Part shown: positions 48,492-59,471 of the stretch, piece after piece | Position numbering within the stretch: position 1 is the first letter of the stretch | Layout: each line of letters begins with the position of its first letter | Source of the DNA: Candidatus Eiseniibacteriota bacterium | GTDB taxonomy: Bacteria; Eisenbacteria; RBG-16-71-46; SZUA-252 | DNA length: 64,000 nt | Direction of reading: 5' to 3' | Assembly (NCBI GenBank): GCA_036274595.1 | Contig: DASUFL010000021.1 | Coordinates: forward strand, 8,521 to 72,520 | Made by a program: the position numbers and the translations under genes | Notes under the pieces: generated by a model | Told to the model about the DNA's origin: nothing | What the model saw: the letters and a program-made list of their open reading frames with translations, nothing else | Databases searched by the model: none

Positions 48492-51340
48492 ACGGCGGCC
48501 TCGGCCCGGGCGGCCCCCCGGCCGGCCGCTTCGAGCGCAGGGCGGAGCGCCTCTCCAGTGTAGCTCCCGGGAGCCCGCGCTACCGTCTCCGGCGTGCCTT
48601 CGGCCACGATCCGGCCGCCCGCCTCGCCCCCCTCGGGACCGAGGTCGAGGATCCAGTCGGCCCGCTTGATCACGTCCAGGTTGTGCTCGATCACCACGAC
48701 CGTGTTCCCCCGCTCGACCAGACGGTCCAGCACGTCGAGGAGGAACCGCACGTCCTCGAAATGAAGTCCGGTCGTCGGCTCGTCGAGGATGTAGAGCGTG
48801 CGCCCGGTCTCGACGCGCGAGAGCTCGGTCGCCAGCTTCACGCGCTGCGCCTCGCCGCCCGAGAGGGTCGTCGCCGACTGCCCGAGATGGATGTAGCCGA
48901 GCCCCACGCCCGCGAGCGTCTCGAGCTTCCGGCGGATGGACGGGATGGGCCCGAGGAGCTCGAGCGCGTCGTCCACGGTCATCTCGAGCACGTCCGCGAT
49001 CGACTTCCCCTTGTAGGTGACCTCGAGCGTCTCCCGGTTGTAGCGCTTCCCGCGGCAGACGTCGCAGACGACGTACACGTCGGGCAGGAAGTGCATCTCG
49101 ATCTTCACGAGCCCGTCTCCCGCGCAGGCCTCGCACCGTCCGCCCTTCACGTTGAAGCTGAAGCGCCCCGGCTGGTAGCCGCGGACCTTGGCTTCGGGAA
49201 CCTGCGCGAAGAGGTCGCGGATCAGCCCGAACACGCCGGTGTAGGTCGCGGGATTCGATCGCGGCGTCCGCCCGATCGGCGACTGGTCGATGTCGATCAC
49301 CTTGTCGATCGCGTCGCTCCCCGTGATCCGCTCGTGCGCTCCCGGCGCCTCGAGCGCGCCGTGGAGCTTTCGCGCCAGCGCGCGGTGCAGGATGTCGTTC
49401 ACGAGCGTGCTCTTCCCGGATCCCGACACGCCCGACACGCAGACGAGGGTCCCGAGCGGGAATCGCGCGCGGATGCTCTTGAGGTTGTTCTGCCGGGCCC
49501 CGACGACCTCGATCCAGGAGCCGTTCCCGGGACGGCGCATCTCGGGCACGCGGATCTCGCGCGCGCCGGAGAGATACTGCCCCGTGAGCGACTGCGGCGC
49601 CGCCTCGATCGCGGAGAGCGGGCCTTCGGCCACGAGATACCCGCCGCGCCGGCCCGCGCCCGGTCCCAGGTCCACGATGTGATCCGCCGCTTCCATCGTC
49701 TCCCGGTCGTGCTCGACGACGAGCACGGAGTTGCCCAGGTTCCGCAGCGTGAGGAGCGTGTCGAGGAGCTTCCGGTTGTCCCGCGGGTGAAGTCCGATGC
49801 TCGGCTCGTCGAGGATGTAGAGGACGCCCGTGAGCCGCGATCCGATCTGCGTGGCGAGCCTGATCCGCTGCGCCTCGCCCCCCGAGAGCGTCGACGCCGC
49901 GCGGTCCAGCGTGAGGTACCCGACGCCGACGTTGAGCAGGAACTCGAGGCGCGCCCGGAGCTCCTTCACGATCGGCCCCGCGATCGACGCCTCGCGCGGT
50001 CCGAGCGTGAGCCGATCGAGCGCGGCGAGCGCGGCTTCCACGGAGCGGCCGACCCACGTCGCGATCGAGTCCCCGCCCACCTCGACCGCCAGCGATTCCG
50101 GCCGCAGGCGCGCGCCGCCGCAGGCGGGGCAGGGTGTTTTCGACATGCATCCTTCGATCTCGCGGCGGAGAGAGTCGGACTTGGTCTCCTTGAAGCGCCG
50201 GAGCATCTCGGGGATCACGCCCCGGAAGCGGCCCTGGTGCTTCCAGACCTTCCCGCTCCTCATCTTGAACTTGTAGTCGAGCTTCTCATCCCCGAGCCCG
50301 TAGAGGATCGCCTTCTGCGCCGCGGCGGGCAGCTTCCCGAACGGCGTGTCGAACGAAACGTCGAGGTGCTTCGCGATCGCGGCGAGGATTCCCTTGGTCC
50401 ACGTTCCCTCGGGATCGCCCCAGAACGCGACCGCACCGTCGCGAAGGGACTTGGTCCGGTCGGGGACGACCTTGTCGGGATCGATCTCGAGCGTCGTGCC
50501 GAGCCCGTCGCAGCTCTTGCACGCGCCGTAGGGACTGTTGAACGAGAAGGACCGCGGCTGGAGCGGCTCGTAGGAGAGCCCGCAGGCGGGGCAGACCGCG
50601 CTCGCGGACAGGGTCTCCTCCTCGCCGCCCGCGCCAAGCACGAGCGCCATCCCGTCGGCGAGTCTGGTCGCGGTCTCGAGCGATTCGTGGAGGCGGCTCC
50701 GCCGCTCGAGATCGGCGACGAGCCGGTCGACCACGATCTCGATGGTGTGCTTCTTCTTCTTGTCGAGCGCGATCTCGTCCTCCAGCTCGACGAAGGCGCC
50801 GTCGATCCGGGCCCGGACGAATCCGAGCTTCCGCCACTGCGCCATCTCCTTCCGGTACTCGCCCTTCCGCCCCTGGATGACCGGGGCGAGGATCTGGAGC
50901 CTCTGCCCCTGCCGCGTCGCGAGGAGGTGGTCGACCATCTCCTGGACGGTCTGGCTCCGGATCGGCCGGCCGCAGTTCACGCAGTGCTGGACGCCGATGC
51001 GCGCGAAGAAGAGGCGGAGGTAGTCGTAGATCTCGGTGACGGTGGCGACGGTCGACCGGGGATTGCTCCCGGCCGTCCGCTGCTCGATCGAGATGGCCGG
51101 CGAGAGCCCCTCGATCTGGTCCACGTCCGGCTTCTCCATCTGCCCCAGGAACTGGCGGGCGTAGGCGGAGAGGGACTCCACGTACCGCCTCTGCCCCTCC
51201 GCGTAGAGGGTGTCGAAGGCGAGGGAGGACTTGCCGGAGCCGGAGACGCCCGTCAGGACGACGAGGGCGTTCCGGGGGATGTCGAGGTTCAGGTTCTTGA
51301 GGTTGTGCTCGCGCGCGCCGCGAACGCGGATCTCGTCCAT
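48488..51340 (-). CDS. uvrA: Excinuclease ABC subunit A
   Basis: GAREHNLKN, two Walker A motifs [16 protein letters not shown] signatures, zinc fingers and [14 protein letters not shown] 51340. Confidence 0.99.
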   Translation of the reverse strand: MDEIRVRGAREHNLKNLNLDIPRNALVVLTGVSGSGKSSLAFDTLYAEGQRRYVESLSAYARQFLGQMEKPDVDQIEGLSPAISIEQRTAGSNPRSTVATVTEIYDYLRLFFARIGVQHCVNCGRPIRSQTVQEMVDHLLATRQGQRLQILAPVIQGRKGEYRKEMAQWRKLGFVRARIDGAFVELEDEIALDKKKKHTIEIVVDRLVADLERRSRLHESLETATRLADGMALVLGAGGEEETLSASAVCPACGLSYEPLQPRSFSFNSPYGACKSCDGLGTTLEIDPDKVVPDRTKSLRDGAVAFWGDPEGTWTKGILAAIAKHLDVSFDTPFGKLPAAAQKAILYGLGDEKLDYKFKMRSGKVWKHQGRFRGVIPEMLRRFKETKSDSLRREIEGCMSKTPCPACGGARLRPESLAVEVGGDSIATWVGRSVEAALAALDRLTLGPREASIAGPIVKELRARLEFLLNVGVGYLTLDRAASTLSGGEAQRIRLATQIGSRLTGVLYILDEPSIGLHPRDNRKLLDTLLTLRNLGNSVLVVEHDRETMEAADHIVDLGPGAGRRGGYLVAEGPLSAIEAAPQSLTGQYLSGAREIRVPEMRRPGNGSWIEVVGARQNNLKSIRARFPLGTLVCVSGVSGSGKSTLVNDILHRALARKLHGALEAPGAHERITGSDAIDKVIDIDQSPIGRTPRSNPATYTGVFGLIRDLFAQVPEAKVRGYQPGRFSFNVKGGRCEACAGDGLVKIEMHFLPDVYVVCDVCRGKRYNRETLEVTYKGKSIADVLEMTVDDALELLGPIPSIRRKLETLAGVGLGYIHLGQSATTLSGGEAQRVKLATELSRVETGRTLYILDEPTTGLHFEDVRFLLDVLDRLVERGNTVVVIEHNLDVIKRADWILDLGPEGGEAGGRIVAEGTPETVARAPGSYTGEALRPALEAAGRGAARAEAAV

Positions 51341-51351
51341 GGGAGCCTCGA

Positions 51352-51360
51352 ATCTTAGCA
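51352..51360 (-). promoter_or_regulatory. Extended -10 element upstream of uvrA
   Basis: TG-C-TAAGAT, 11 nt before ATG. Confidence 0.5.
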
Positions 51361-51388
51361 CACGCGCGCGGCGGATCCGCCCCGCGGC

Positions 51389-52615
51389 TCACTCGTAGCG
51401 GAGCGAGTCCACGGGGTCGAGGCGGGCCGCCTTGAAGGCGGGATACATCCCGAAGAAGAGCCCGATCGCGGTCGCCGATCCGAACGCGAGGAGGATTCCC
51501 CAGATGGGCACGCCGAACGAGAAGTGGGCGAGGAGGTTGATCACCTTCCCCACGGCGAGTCCGGCCAGAACGCCGATGACTCCTCCGGCGCCCGTCAGGG
51601 TCATGGCCTCCACCAGGAACTGCCAGAGGATGTCCCGCTCGCGCGCGCCGAGCGCTTTCCGCACGCCGATCTCGCGCGTCCGCTCGGTCACGGAGACGAG
51701 CATGATGTTCATCACGCCGATCCCGCCCACCATGAGTCCGATCGAGGAGATCACCACCATCACGAGGTAAAAGGCGCCGGTGATCTGACCGTAGAGGTCC
51801 ACCAGCGACTTGTCGGTGAAGACGGCGAAGTTGTCCCCCTGGTCGTACCGCACATGGCGCTGCCGGCGGAGCACGTCGGAGATCTGCTCCCGCGCCACGT
51901 CGATCATCTCCGGGGAGACCGGCTTCGCGTTGAGAACCATCTTGAGGTTCGGCCCGAAGTCCTTCTCGAGCGTCGTGTGGGGGACGAGGACGATCTCGTC
52001 CATGCTCATCCCCAGGAAGTGCCCCCGCGGCTCCGCGACCCCCACCACCATGAAGGGCTGCGTGCCGATCGCGATCGTCTTTCCCACCGGATTCACGTGC
52101 GGGAACAGGGTCTCGACGTGGTCCACGCCCAGGATGCAGACGGCGGAGCGGTGCTCCACTTCCGCCTCGGTGAACGCCCGTCCGTTGTCCACCGCGTAAT
52201 TGTTGGTCACCATGTAGTCGGGCGACGTTCCGATCACGATGGTCGGGCGGGTCTGGGTCTCGCCGCTCCGGAGGCGGAGCTCCGTGAAGTTGAGCGGCGC
52301 CACCGCGAGCACGGCGGGAGCGGTGCGACGGATCGCCTCCGCGTCCTCCGGCTTGAACCACTTCCGGCGCCTCAAGCTGTCGGGCATCTCCCCCACCCAG
52401 GCGCCGGGCGCGAAGGGGCGGATGTAGAGAACGTCGGTCCCGAGCGAGGCGAGCTGGGTCTTCATGCTCTGGTTCAGCCCCTCGATGATCGAGATCATCG
52501 CCATGATCGCCGTGATCCCGATGATCACGCCGAGCACCGTGAGGAACGAGCGGAGCTTGTTCTCGCGGAGCGCCTGGAACGCGATCCCGACTCCCTCCCG
52601 GACGTCGATGGCCAT
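51389..52615 (-). CDS. MacB/FtsX-family ABC permease (subunit 2)
   Basis: [13 protein letters not shown], MacB periplasmic domain, [29 protein letters not shown] and [12 protein letters not shown]. Confidence 0.95.
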   Translation of the reverse strand: MAIDVREGVGIAFQALRENKLRSFLTVLGVIIGITAIMAMISIIEGLNQSMKTQLASLGTDVLYIRPFAPGAWVGEMPDSLRRRKWFKPEDAEAIRRTAPAVLAVAPLNFTELRLRSGETQTRPTIVIGTSPDYMVTNNYAVDNGRAFTEAEVEHRSAVCILGVDHVETLFPHVNPVGKTIAIGTQPFMVVGVAEPRGHFLGMSMDEIVLVPHTTLEKDFGPNLKMVLNAKPVSPEMIDVAREQISDVLRRQRHVRYDQGDNFAVFTDKSLVDLYGQITGAFYLVMVVISSIGLMVGGIGVMNIMLVSVTERTREIGVRKALGARERDILWQFLVEAMTLTGAGGVIGVLAGLAVGKVINLLAHFSFGVPIWGILLAFGSATAIGLFFGMYPAFKAARLDPVDSLRYE

Positions 52616-52618
52616 CGG

Positions 52619-53872
52619 CTACTCCTGCCTGAGCGCGACGATCGGGTCGAGCCGGGCCGCCCGCGTGGCGGGATAGACGCCGAAGAAGAGCCCGACCGCG
52701 GACGCCACGGTGAGGCTGATCGCGACCGACCAGGGCTGGATCGTGGCCGGGAGCGGCGTGATCGTCCGGATCAGGAGCGCGATCGCCACTCCCGCGAGGA
52801 CCCCGAGCAGGCCGCCGAAGAACGCGAGCACGACGGCTTCGCTCAGGAACTGGGACACGAGGTCGGATCGCCTCGCCCCCACCGCCTTCCGGATGCCGAT
52901 CTCGCGCGTCCGCTCGGTCACGGCGACGAGCATGATGTTCATGATCACGATCCCGCCCACCACCAGCGAGATCGCCACGAGGCCGATCGTGCCGGCGAAG
53001 ATGCCGCCGGTCAGGGTCTGGTAGAGCGCCATGTACGTCTCGGCCGTCGAGAACGCGAAGTCGTCGGGGGCGCCGAGCGGGACGTGCCGCGCGGCGCGGA
53101 GCACCACGCGCGCCTCGTCTTCGAGGTGATCGAGGGTGACGCCGGCCGCGGCGCCGACGATGATCGTCAGGGACCGGTGGGCCCCGTACATCTTCTCGAA
53201 CTGCCCGAGCGGGATGACCACGAGATTGTCCTGGCTCTGGCCCAGCACGTTCCCGCGCGCGACGAGCGTGCCCACCACGAGGAGCTCGTAGCCCGACACC
53301 TTGATCGACTGCCCGATGGGGTCGATGCGCGGGAAGAGCGCCTCCGCCACCTCGGAGCCGATCACGCAGACGGGACGGCGCCTCTGGAAGTCCATGTCCT
53401 CGAGCTCGCGCCCCTGGTCGGTCTCGTACTTCCCCACCGCCGGGTAGCCCTCGGTGGTCCCGAGGATGCGGATGTTCTTGAGCTCCGTGCCGCGATAGCG
53501 GACCCCTTTGTTCGCCTCCGCCTGCGCCACGACGTGCGAGGCGAGCTGCATGCGGGAGGCGAGGACTTCGGCCTCGTACGACGTGAGGTCCCGGCGTTTG
53601 GCCGCCTCGCGGTACGCCTCGTCATCCGTGATGAGGCCGAACTTGTCGATGTAGACGACGTTCAGGCCCTGGTCGAGGATCCGCTCGGAGACGTACTTGT
53701 TCACGCCGTCGATGATGGAGACCACCGCGATCACGGACATGACGGCGACGACGTTGCCGATGACGGTGAGGACCGTCCGGAGCTTGTGGGCGCGGAGCGC
53801 CCGGACGGCGATCTTGAGATTCTCGGCCAGCGCGGCCCAGGCTTCGCGCCGGGGCCGCCCGATGGGGGTCAC
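52619..53872 (-). CDS. MacB/FtsX-family ABC permease (subunit 1)
   Basis: [42 protein letters not shown] and [12 protein letters not shown]. Confidence 0.95.
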   Translation of the reverse strand: MTPIGRPRREAWAALAENLKIAVRALRAHKLRTVLTVIGNVVAVMSVIAVVSIIDGVNKYVSERILDQGLNVVYIDKFGLITDDEAYREAAKRRDLTSYEAEVLASRMQLASHVVAQAEANKGVRYRGTELKNIRILGTTEGYPAVGKYETDQGRELEDMDFQRRRPVCVIGSEVAEALFPRIDPIGQSIKVSGYELLVVGTLVARGNVLGQSQDNLVVIPLGQFEKMYGAHRSLTIIVGAAAGVTLDHLEDEARVVLRAARHVPLGAPDDFAFSTAETYMALYQTLTGGIFAGTIGLVAISLVVGGIVIMNIMLVAVTERTREIGIRKAVGARRSDLVSQFLSEAVVLAFFGGLLGVLAGVAIALLIRTITPLPATIQPWSVAISLTVASAVGLFFGVYPATRAARLDPIVALRQE

Positions 53873-54588
53873 GCGACGGGCGTCGCGCCCGCTCTGGCCA
53901 CGGGCCTGTCGCTCTCGATCTTCCCGTCCCGAAGCCGGATGATGCGGTGCGCGCGCGCGGCGACGTCCTCCTCGTGCGTGACCAGGATGACCGTGTTCCC
54001 CTTGGCGTGGATCTCGTCCATCAGCCCGAGGATCTCGAGCCCCGTGCGCGAGTCGAGGTTTCCGGTGGGCTCGTCGGCGAGCAGGAGGGACGGGTTGTTC
54101 ACGAGCGCGCGCGCGATCGCGACGCGCTGCCTCTGGCCGCCCGAGAGCTCGTTCGGCCGGTGGTGCGTGCGGTCTCCCAGACCGACCATCGCGAGCATCG
54201 CCTTCGCGCGCTCGCGGCGCTCGGTCGCCGGCGCCCCCGAGTAGATGAGCGGCAGCTCCACGTTGTGGAGCGCGTCGGCGCGCGGAAGCAGGTTGAAGGT
54301 CTGGAAGACGAACCCGATCTCCTGGTTCCGGATCCGCGCGAGCTCGTCGTCGTCGCGCTCGCGAATCTCGGTTCCCCGGAGCTTGTACGAGCCGCTCGTC
54401 GGCGTGTCGAGGCAGCCGACGATGTTCATGAGGGTCGACTTGCCCGACCCCGACGGGCCCATGATCGCCACGTACTCGCCCGCCAGGATCCGCAGGCTGA
54501 CGCCGTCCAGCGCGTTCACCTCGGTCGTGCCCATCTCGTACGTCTTTCGGACGTCGGCGATGTCGATCAGGACGCCGTTCGTGCTCAC
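53869..54588 (-). CDS. ABC exporter ATP-binding subunit (MacB/LolD type)
   Basis: [33 protein letters not shown] and VTHE. Confidence 0.97.
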   Translation of the reverse strand: MSTNGVLIDIADVRKTYEMGTTEVNALDGVSLRILAGEYVAIMGPSGSGKSTLMNIVGCLDTPTSGSYKLRGTEIRERDDDELARIRNQEIGFVFQTFNLLPRADALHNVELPLIYSGAPATERRERAKAMLAMVGLGDRTHHRPNELSGGQRQRVAIARALVNNPSLLLADEPTGNLDSRTGLEILGLMDEIHAKGNTVILVTHEEDVAARAHRIIRLRDGKIESDRPVARAGATPVA

Positions 54589-55883
54589 TGCGACTCCTTT
54601 CCCTTCGCCTTCTTCGGCTCTTCGATCTTCACGCGCTGGCCGGGCTTGAGCGAGCGCAGCGTTTTGTGGGGCCCGATCACGACTTTCTCCCCGGGCTTGA
54701 TCTCGCCCAGCACCTCGAAATCGGTGTCGCTCGCGATCCCGGTCTTCACGCGGCGGAACTCCGCCTTGCCGTTCACGATCACGAAGACGCCGCGGATCTC
54801 CTCCGGCTTCGGACGCTCGCCCGACGGCGTGGCCTTCTCCGCCGTCTCCGCCTGGGCCCCCCCGCGCTTCTTCTTGTTCTTGGTCTCGGGAGGCTTGAGG
54901 TCATCGGGCGTGCGGATCACGACCGACTGGATCGGGACCGCGAGCACGCTGTCCCGGCGGGCCGTGCGGATCTCGACGTCCGCGGTCATGCCCGGACGCA
55001 GGATCGGCGGCGGGTTGTCGATCGTGACGTCGACCTTGAAATTGGTCTCCTGCTCCTGTGTGTCCGCTCCCGAGATCAGGGGCGAGTTGGCGATCTGCGT
55101 GACGTGTCCGACGAGGGACGTATCCGGGAGCGCGTCCACCTTGACGGTCGCCTCCTGCCCGATCCGGACCGTCGCGACGTCCGTCTCGTCGACGTCCGCC
55201 TCCACCTTCATCCGGCTCAGATCCGCCACCGTGAGGAGCACCGTCCCGGGATTGTTCATGGTGCCGATGACCGCGATCTCGCCCCGCTCGATCGTGAGCT
55301 GGGTCACGGTGCCGTCGATCGGCGAGATGAAGCGCGTCTTGCGCAGATTGTCGTGCGCCGCCTGGAGCGTCGATTGGAGGCGCCGCACGTCCTCCCGCCC
55401 CGCCTCGACCCGCGCCTGATCCGCGCTCGCGGCCGTTCGCGCCTGATCCAGCTCCTCGGCGGAAACCAGGTTCTGGGCCGAGAGCGCCTCCTTGCGCTTC
55501 AGCACGGACTGCGACTGGGCCAGCGACGCTTCCGCGAGCCTGAGATTGGAGCGCGCCGCGGCGAGGGCCGCAGTGGCCTCACCCACCTGCGCTCGATACT
55601 GCGCGTCGTCGATCTGGAGCAGGAACTGCCCCTTTCGCACCGAATCCCCTTCGTGGATCGGCAGCGTTCGGACCTCGCCCGGCACGTTGGCGCTCAGCTT
55701 GACCTGCGTCTCCGGCTGGACGCGCCCCGGGGCGCGCACGGTCGCGGTGACCGTGCCCTTCCGAACGTCTCCCGCCTGCACGGCGATCTTGCCTCCCGCC
55801 GAGCGGTTCAAGTTCGCGAGGACGATCACGAGGAGGAGGACCACTCCCGCGGCGATCAGGATGATCCGGGTACGGCCCTTCAT
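54585..55883 (-). CDS. RND/MacA-type periplasmic adaptor (membrane fusion protein)
   Basis: N-terminal TM, barrel-sandwich hybrid, coiled-coil hairpin, [15 protein letters not shown] and VLAVP. Confidence 0.95.
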   Translation of the reverse strand: MKGRTRIILIAAGVVLLLVIVLANLNRSAGGKIAVQAGDVRKGTVTATVRAPGRVQPETQVKLSANVPGEVRTLPIHEGDSVRKGQFLLQIDDAQYRAQVGEATAALAAARSNLRLAEASLAQSQSVLKRKEALSAQNLVSAEELDQARTAASADQARVEAGREDVRRLQSTLQAAHDNLRKTRFISPIDGTVTQLTIERGEIAVIGTMNNPGTVLLTVADLSRMKVEADVDETDVATVRIGQEATVKVDALPDTSLVGHVTQIANSPLISGADTQEQETNFKVDVTIDNPPPILRPGMTADVEIRTARRDSVLAVPIQSVVIRTPDDLKPPETKNKKKRGGAQAETAEKATPSGERPKPEEIRGVFVIVNGKAEFRRVKTGIASDTDFEVLGEIKPGEKVVIGPHKTLRSLKPGQRVKIEEPKKAKGKESQ

Positions 55884-55911
55884 GAATGGGTCTCCTGGGT
55901 TGTCATCGGCG

Positions 55912-57408
55912 CTAGTACCGCTTCTCGCCGGTGGCGAACTCGAGATTCGCCTCCGCGATGCGCGCGTCCGCCACGGCCTCGATGAGCCGCTCGCGCGCGT
56001 TGGCCAGGTTGACCTCGGCGGTCAGGAGGTCGAGGTACGTGCCCGCCCCCAGATCGTAGCGCCCTTTCGAGAACTTGTAGTCCTCCTCCGCGGAGACGAG
56101 CCCTTCGCGCTCCACGTCGATCCGCTGCACGGCTTCGCGCAGGTTGAGCCACGCCTCCTGCACCTGGGCCGCGACGTCCAGCTCGCGCTGGCGGCGCTGC
56201 GATTCCGCTTCGAGGAGCGTTCCCTTCGCGGAGCGGATGTCCCCCTCGGTCTGGAAGCCGGTAAAGATCGGAAGCGAGAGCCGCACCTGGCCCTGCCACT
56301 CGGTTGCGTAATGCTGCGTGTCCACGCTCGACGGAGCGCCTGGAATGGCCACGTCGATGTCCTCGATCGTCTGGTCCGTCTTGGCCCGGGAGACGCCGAA
56401 CGACCCGGAAACGACCGGGAGCCGCTGGGTCTGCGCCCCGAAGACGCCCGAATGCGCGGCCCTCTCCACAGCCCGTGCGCTTTCCATGAGCGGGCGCGCG
56501 CTGACCGCTTCGCCGATCGCCTGCGCCGAGTCGGGCAGCACGACCTGGTCATTGAGCGCGGCATCGGGCACGATGCGCAGGGTCGGGTCCACCCCCACGA
56601 TCTGGGCGAGCCGCGACGACTGGATGAGCACCTGGTTGTCCGCGCGGATGCGGTCCACCTGGGTGTTGGCGCGCCGTGCGCGGGCCTTGAGGAGATCTCC
56701 GCGCGCCACGGTGCCCACCTGGAGGAGCGCCTCCGAGCGCTTCTCCTCGTCCCGCGCGAGCTGTTCGGTTTGCGCCGCGACCTGGGCCAGACGGATGGCC
56801 TTGAGCAGGTTGAAGTACTGCTGCTTCACCAGGAAGACGACGTTGTTCCGGGTCTCCTGCTCGTCGTGCTCGGAACCCTTGCGGAGATGGTCCAGCCGTT
56901 TCTTCGCGCCGATGGCCGGCCCGCTCAGGATGTTCGACGTCACATCGGCACGGATCGCCCCTGTCCTGATGTCGGTCGCGAGCCCTGTGGCGAACACGTT
57001 GCTGTCCGGCTTGGCTGGCGTCGGAGTGGGGATCGTCACGCCCACGAACGACGACGTCTTGTCGGGAATGAAGTAGTTGTACGAGGCCCCTGTCGTGAGC
57101 GACGGGATGATGCCGCTCCAGGCGGAGAGGGCCGCGCCGCTCGCCTGCTTGCGCCGTGCCTCGGCATTGCGGACGTCGGCGTTGTTGTGAAGGGCGGTCT
57201 GGATGGCCTGGGCCAGGCTCCACCGCTCCCCTGGAACGGTGATCGGGGCGACGAGCAGGCTTTCGACCGGAGTCGAGGGAGTGAAGCGCACCGTGTCGCC
57301 GACCGCCGGCGGCGGAGCGGCGGGCGGAGGCTGCGCGGCCGGGGTCGCGGGCCGTAGGAGCATGGCCGCGAGAACGAGCATCAGCGTCCAACTGTGCTTC
57401 CGATTCAT
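55912..57408 (-). CDS. tolC: TolC family outer-membrane efflux protein
   Basis: Signal peptide, SLAQAIQTAL..N, two OEP repeats, LSLPIFTG, Y..G.GTYLDLL and ATG. Confidence 0.93.
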   Translation of the reverse strand: MNRKHSWTLMLVLAAMLLRPATPAAQPPPAAPPPAVGDTVRFTPSTPVESLLVAPITVPGERWSLAQAIQTALHNNADVRNAEARRKQASGAALSAWSGIIPSLTTGASYNYFIPDKTSSFVGVTIPTPTPAKPDSNVFATGLATDIRTGAIRADVTSNILSGPAIGAKKRLDHLRKGSEHDEQETRNNVVFLVKQQYFNLLKAIRLAQVAAQTEQLARDEEKRSEALLQVGTVARGDLLKARARRANTQVDRIRADNQVLIQSSRLAQIVGVDPTLRIVPDAALNDQVVLPDSAQAIGEAVSARPLMESARAVERAAHSGVFGAQTQRLPVVSGSFGVSRAKTDQTIEDIDVAIPGAPSSVDTQHYATEWQGQVRLSLPIFTGFQTEGDIRSAKGTLLEAESQRRQRELDVAAQVQEAWLNLREAVQRIDVEREGLVSAEEDYKFSKGRYDLGAGTYLDLLTAEVNLANARERLIEAVADARIAEANLEFATGEKRY

Positions 57409-57463
57409 CCCATTCTCCTGGATGCGGTTCGAGACGGTGAGGGCGAGCCCTGGACCCTATACA

Positions 57464-57490
57464 TACGCCGGCTGGAAGACGTTGGTTTCA
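57464..57490 (-). promoter_or_regulatory. ECF (SigW-like) promoter candidate upstream of tolC
   Basis: TGAAAC (57490-57485), N17, CGTA (57467-57464). Confidence 0.45.
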
Positions 57491-57502
57491 CGGTGGTTCT
57501 GG

Positions 57503-58198
57503 TCAGCGCAGAGCCGACAGTATGAGAGCGACGAGGAACATGGGGAGGACGGCCAGCAGCCCGAACGAAACCTTCTTCCGGGCATAGACCGAAATCCCGA
57601 GCGCCACGATAGCCGTGCTCCAGAGGATGAAGGGATCGGTCGCCGCGTCCAGCATCCTCCCCAGGGGACCGAGGTCGTCCCCGAGCAGGTTTCCCAATCC
57701 CAGCCTGATGTCGAGCGTTCCCTTGCTGAACGCGATCCCGGTCCGGATCGCCTGATCCAGGAGACCGATGGCCGCGCCGTGCGCCTGGGCGGAGAGGTAG
57801 TGCCGGAAGGTGATCCCTCCCCCCATCATGAGGTTCCCCATGAAGAAGGCGACCCCGGATCCGAGGAGGATGATGAACGCCATCGTCACGAGGCCACCGA
57901 CACCGACGATCACAGGCGCAGCCGGTGATTCGAAGAAGGTCCGCATGTGTTCGATCTGCTCCGGGGACGCACCCTTCGCTTCGGCCTTGGCGAGCTGGTC
58001 GTTCGCGACCGCTCCGGACTGGAGAACGAGAATGGAAAACGCGACCTGCGCCACCACGACCAGAATGAGCGGCAGCCAGTACCGCGGATGTTGCCTCATG
58101 GATTCGAACGTCTCGCGCGGCCGCACGAAGACACCGGCGACTGCTCCGAGCGGGGTCGGTTCCGGCAGTTCCGACGCGGTGGTCGCCACCTCGGTCAT
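57503..58198 (-). CDS. Yip1-domain membrane protein (YknW-like)
   Basis: GVFVRPRETFE...P.YWLP opening and about 5 TM helices; GGAGGAG SD. Confidence 0.85.
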   Translation of the reverse strand: MTEVATTASELPEPTPLGAVAGVFVRPRETFESMRQHPRYWLPLILVVVAQVAFSILVLQSGAVANDQLAKAEAKGASPEQIEHMRTFFESPAAPVIVGVGGLVTMAFIILLGSGVAFFMGNLMMGGGITFRHYLSAQAHGAAIGLLDQAIRTGIAFSKGTLDIRLGLGNLLGDDLGPLGRMLDAATDPFILWSTAIVALGISVYARKKVSFGLLAVLPMFLVALILSALR

Positions 58199-58516
58199 GT
58201 CACTCCTCCATCGTCCAGGACGCGGTTGGGATGGAACGGGAACGGGGATCGCCGCATCGGTCGCGGCGGCGCCCCGGCTCGAGTTCGAAGGGGTCGATCG
58301 CGTCCTTGGCCGCGCGGGTCAGCGAGTTCGCGCGCGCCACTTTGGCGCGTTGGATAGGTCCACGATCGTCGAGGTTGACGTGGAGGGTCCTGGCCCGCGG
58401 CTCGAGGCGGGCTCGACCCACGCAGGGGCGGCCAGGGCGACTGCAGGGAGGACCTCCACGAAACGCCGGAACACGTTCGAAATACACAGCTTGGACCAAG
58501 GCGACATGAAGCGCTC

Positions 58517-58545
58517 AGCCTAGGCCCCGGGTCGCGGACTGTCAA
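58517..58545 (-). promoter_or_regulatory. sigma70 promoter upstream of the Yip1-TolC-ABC operon
   Basis: TTGACA (58545-58540), N17, TAGGCT (58522-58517). Confidence 0.75.
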
Positions 58546-58547
58546 GC

Positions 58548-58595
58548 GGCGAGCGGAGGGCGCTCGCGGGTTCGGCGAGCGGAGGGCGCTCGCGG
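58548..58595. repeat. Tandem pair of 22-bp palindromic (REP-like) units
   Basis: GGCGAGCGGAGGGCGCTCGCGG at 58548-58569 and 58574-58595; each unit forms GCGAGCG-N5-CGCTCGC. Confidence 0.8.
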
Positions 58596-58613
58596 TCCCG
58601 CGCCGTCACGACA

Positions 58614-59339
58614 TCACAACCGAAACGAGAACGGCACCTCGATCCACACCGCGACCGGTTGGCGGCCCGCTCTCGCGGGCTTGAACGTCCAGCGGTAGAG
58701 CGTCTCTTCGGCGCTCTCCGACAGACCAGGGATGCCCCGGATGACGGTGACCCTGCGGACCCGTCCGTCGACGCCCACGAGCGCATGGAGCACGACGCGT
58801 CCGTCGATCCCGTTCTCGCGCGCCCATTCGGGGTAGGCGGGATCGGGGCGGAAGATCGGCACGGGCGGCTCGTCGAAGAGGACGAAGGCTTCCTCGGCTG
58901 GATCGGGATCCACGACCGCTTGCGCGCTGGCCGGCCCATCGCCCCCTGAAGCCGACGGCTGGGTTCCCGGCTCTCCGCCGCCGGGACCGATGCTCACCTT
59001 GGTGTCCACGACCGCGGGCTCGGTCGACGGCTCGTCCATGACCGACGTGGGATCGATGGTCCCGCCCTCGGTCCGCTCGGGCGGCGTCGTCCGCACCCGG
59101 TCCAGAATCGGCGCCTCCACGCGTGGAGGCACCAGGTCGACCCTCCCTCTCGTGAGCACGAGCGCGTCCTCGGGATGCTGAGCCTGGATCCAGAGGATGC
59201 ATCCGAGCGCGCTCAGATGGACGAGCGCCGACAGCGCGAGCCCTTGCTTGACGTTCCGGCGGGACGATCCACGGGCGGGGACGGCTTCCGGACGACCGAA
59301 CGGATTCCAGCCGGGAGGAGGGACGGCCATCGCGTTCAT
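58614..59339 (-). CDS. tonB: TonB family protein (second copy)
   Basis: TM with the SHLS-like LALSALVH motif, a Pro-rich linker and TonB_C YPEWARENGIDGRVVL...WTFKPA. ATG 59339 follows AAAGGT. Confidence 0.88.
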   Translation of the reverse strand: MNAMAVPPPGWNPFGRPEAVPARGSSRRNVKQGLALSALVHLSALGCILWIQAQHPEDALVLTRGRVDLVPPRVEAPILDRVRTTPPERTEGGTIDPTSVMDEPSTEPAVVDTKVSIGPGGGEPGTQPSASGGDGPASAQAVVDPDPAEEAFVLFDEPPVPIFRPDPAYPEWARENGIDGRVVLHALVGVDGRVRRVTVIRGIPGLSESAEETLYRWTFKPARAGRQPVAVWIEVPFSFRL

Positions 59340-59402
59340 GCGCTGACCTTTCAAGCCCGGCACCGTCCCGCGCGGCGCGGGACGTTCACGTGAGGGGGAC
59401 TC

Positions 59403-59436
59403 AAACGAAAGCGGCGGCCCGGAGGGGGACCGCCGC
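59403..59436 (-). terminator. Intrinsic terminator after tonB
   Basis: GCGGCGGTCC-CCCTCC-GGGCCGCCGC followed by TTTCGTTT. Confidence 0.8.
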
Positions 59437-59471
59437 ATCACTTGCTTCAGTGTAGCCGAACGGATCCGGCG

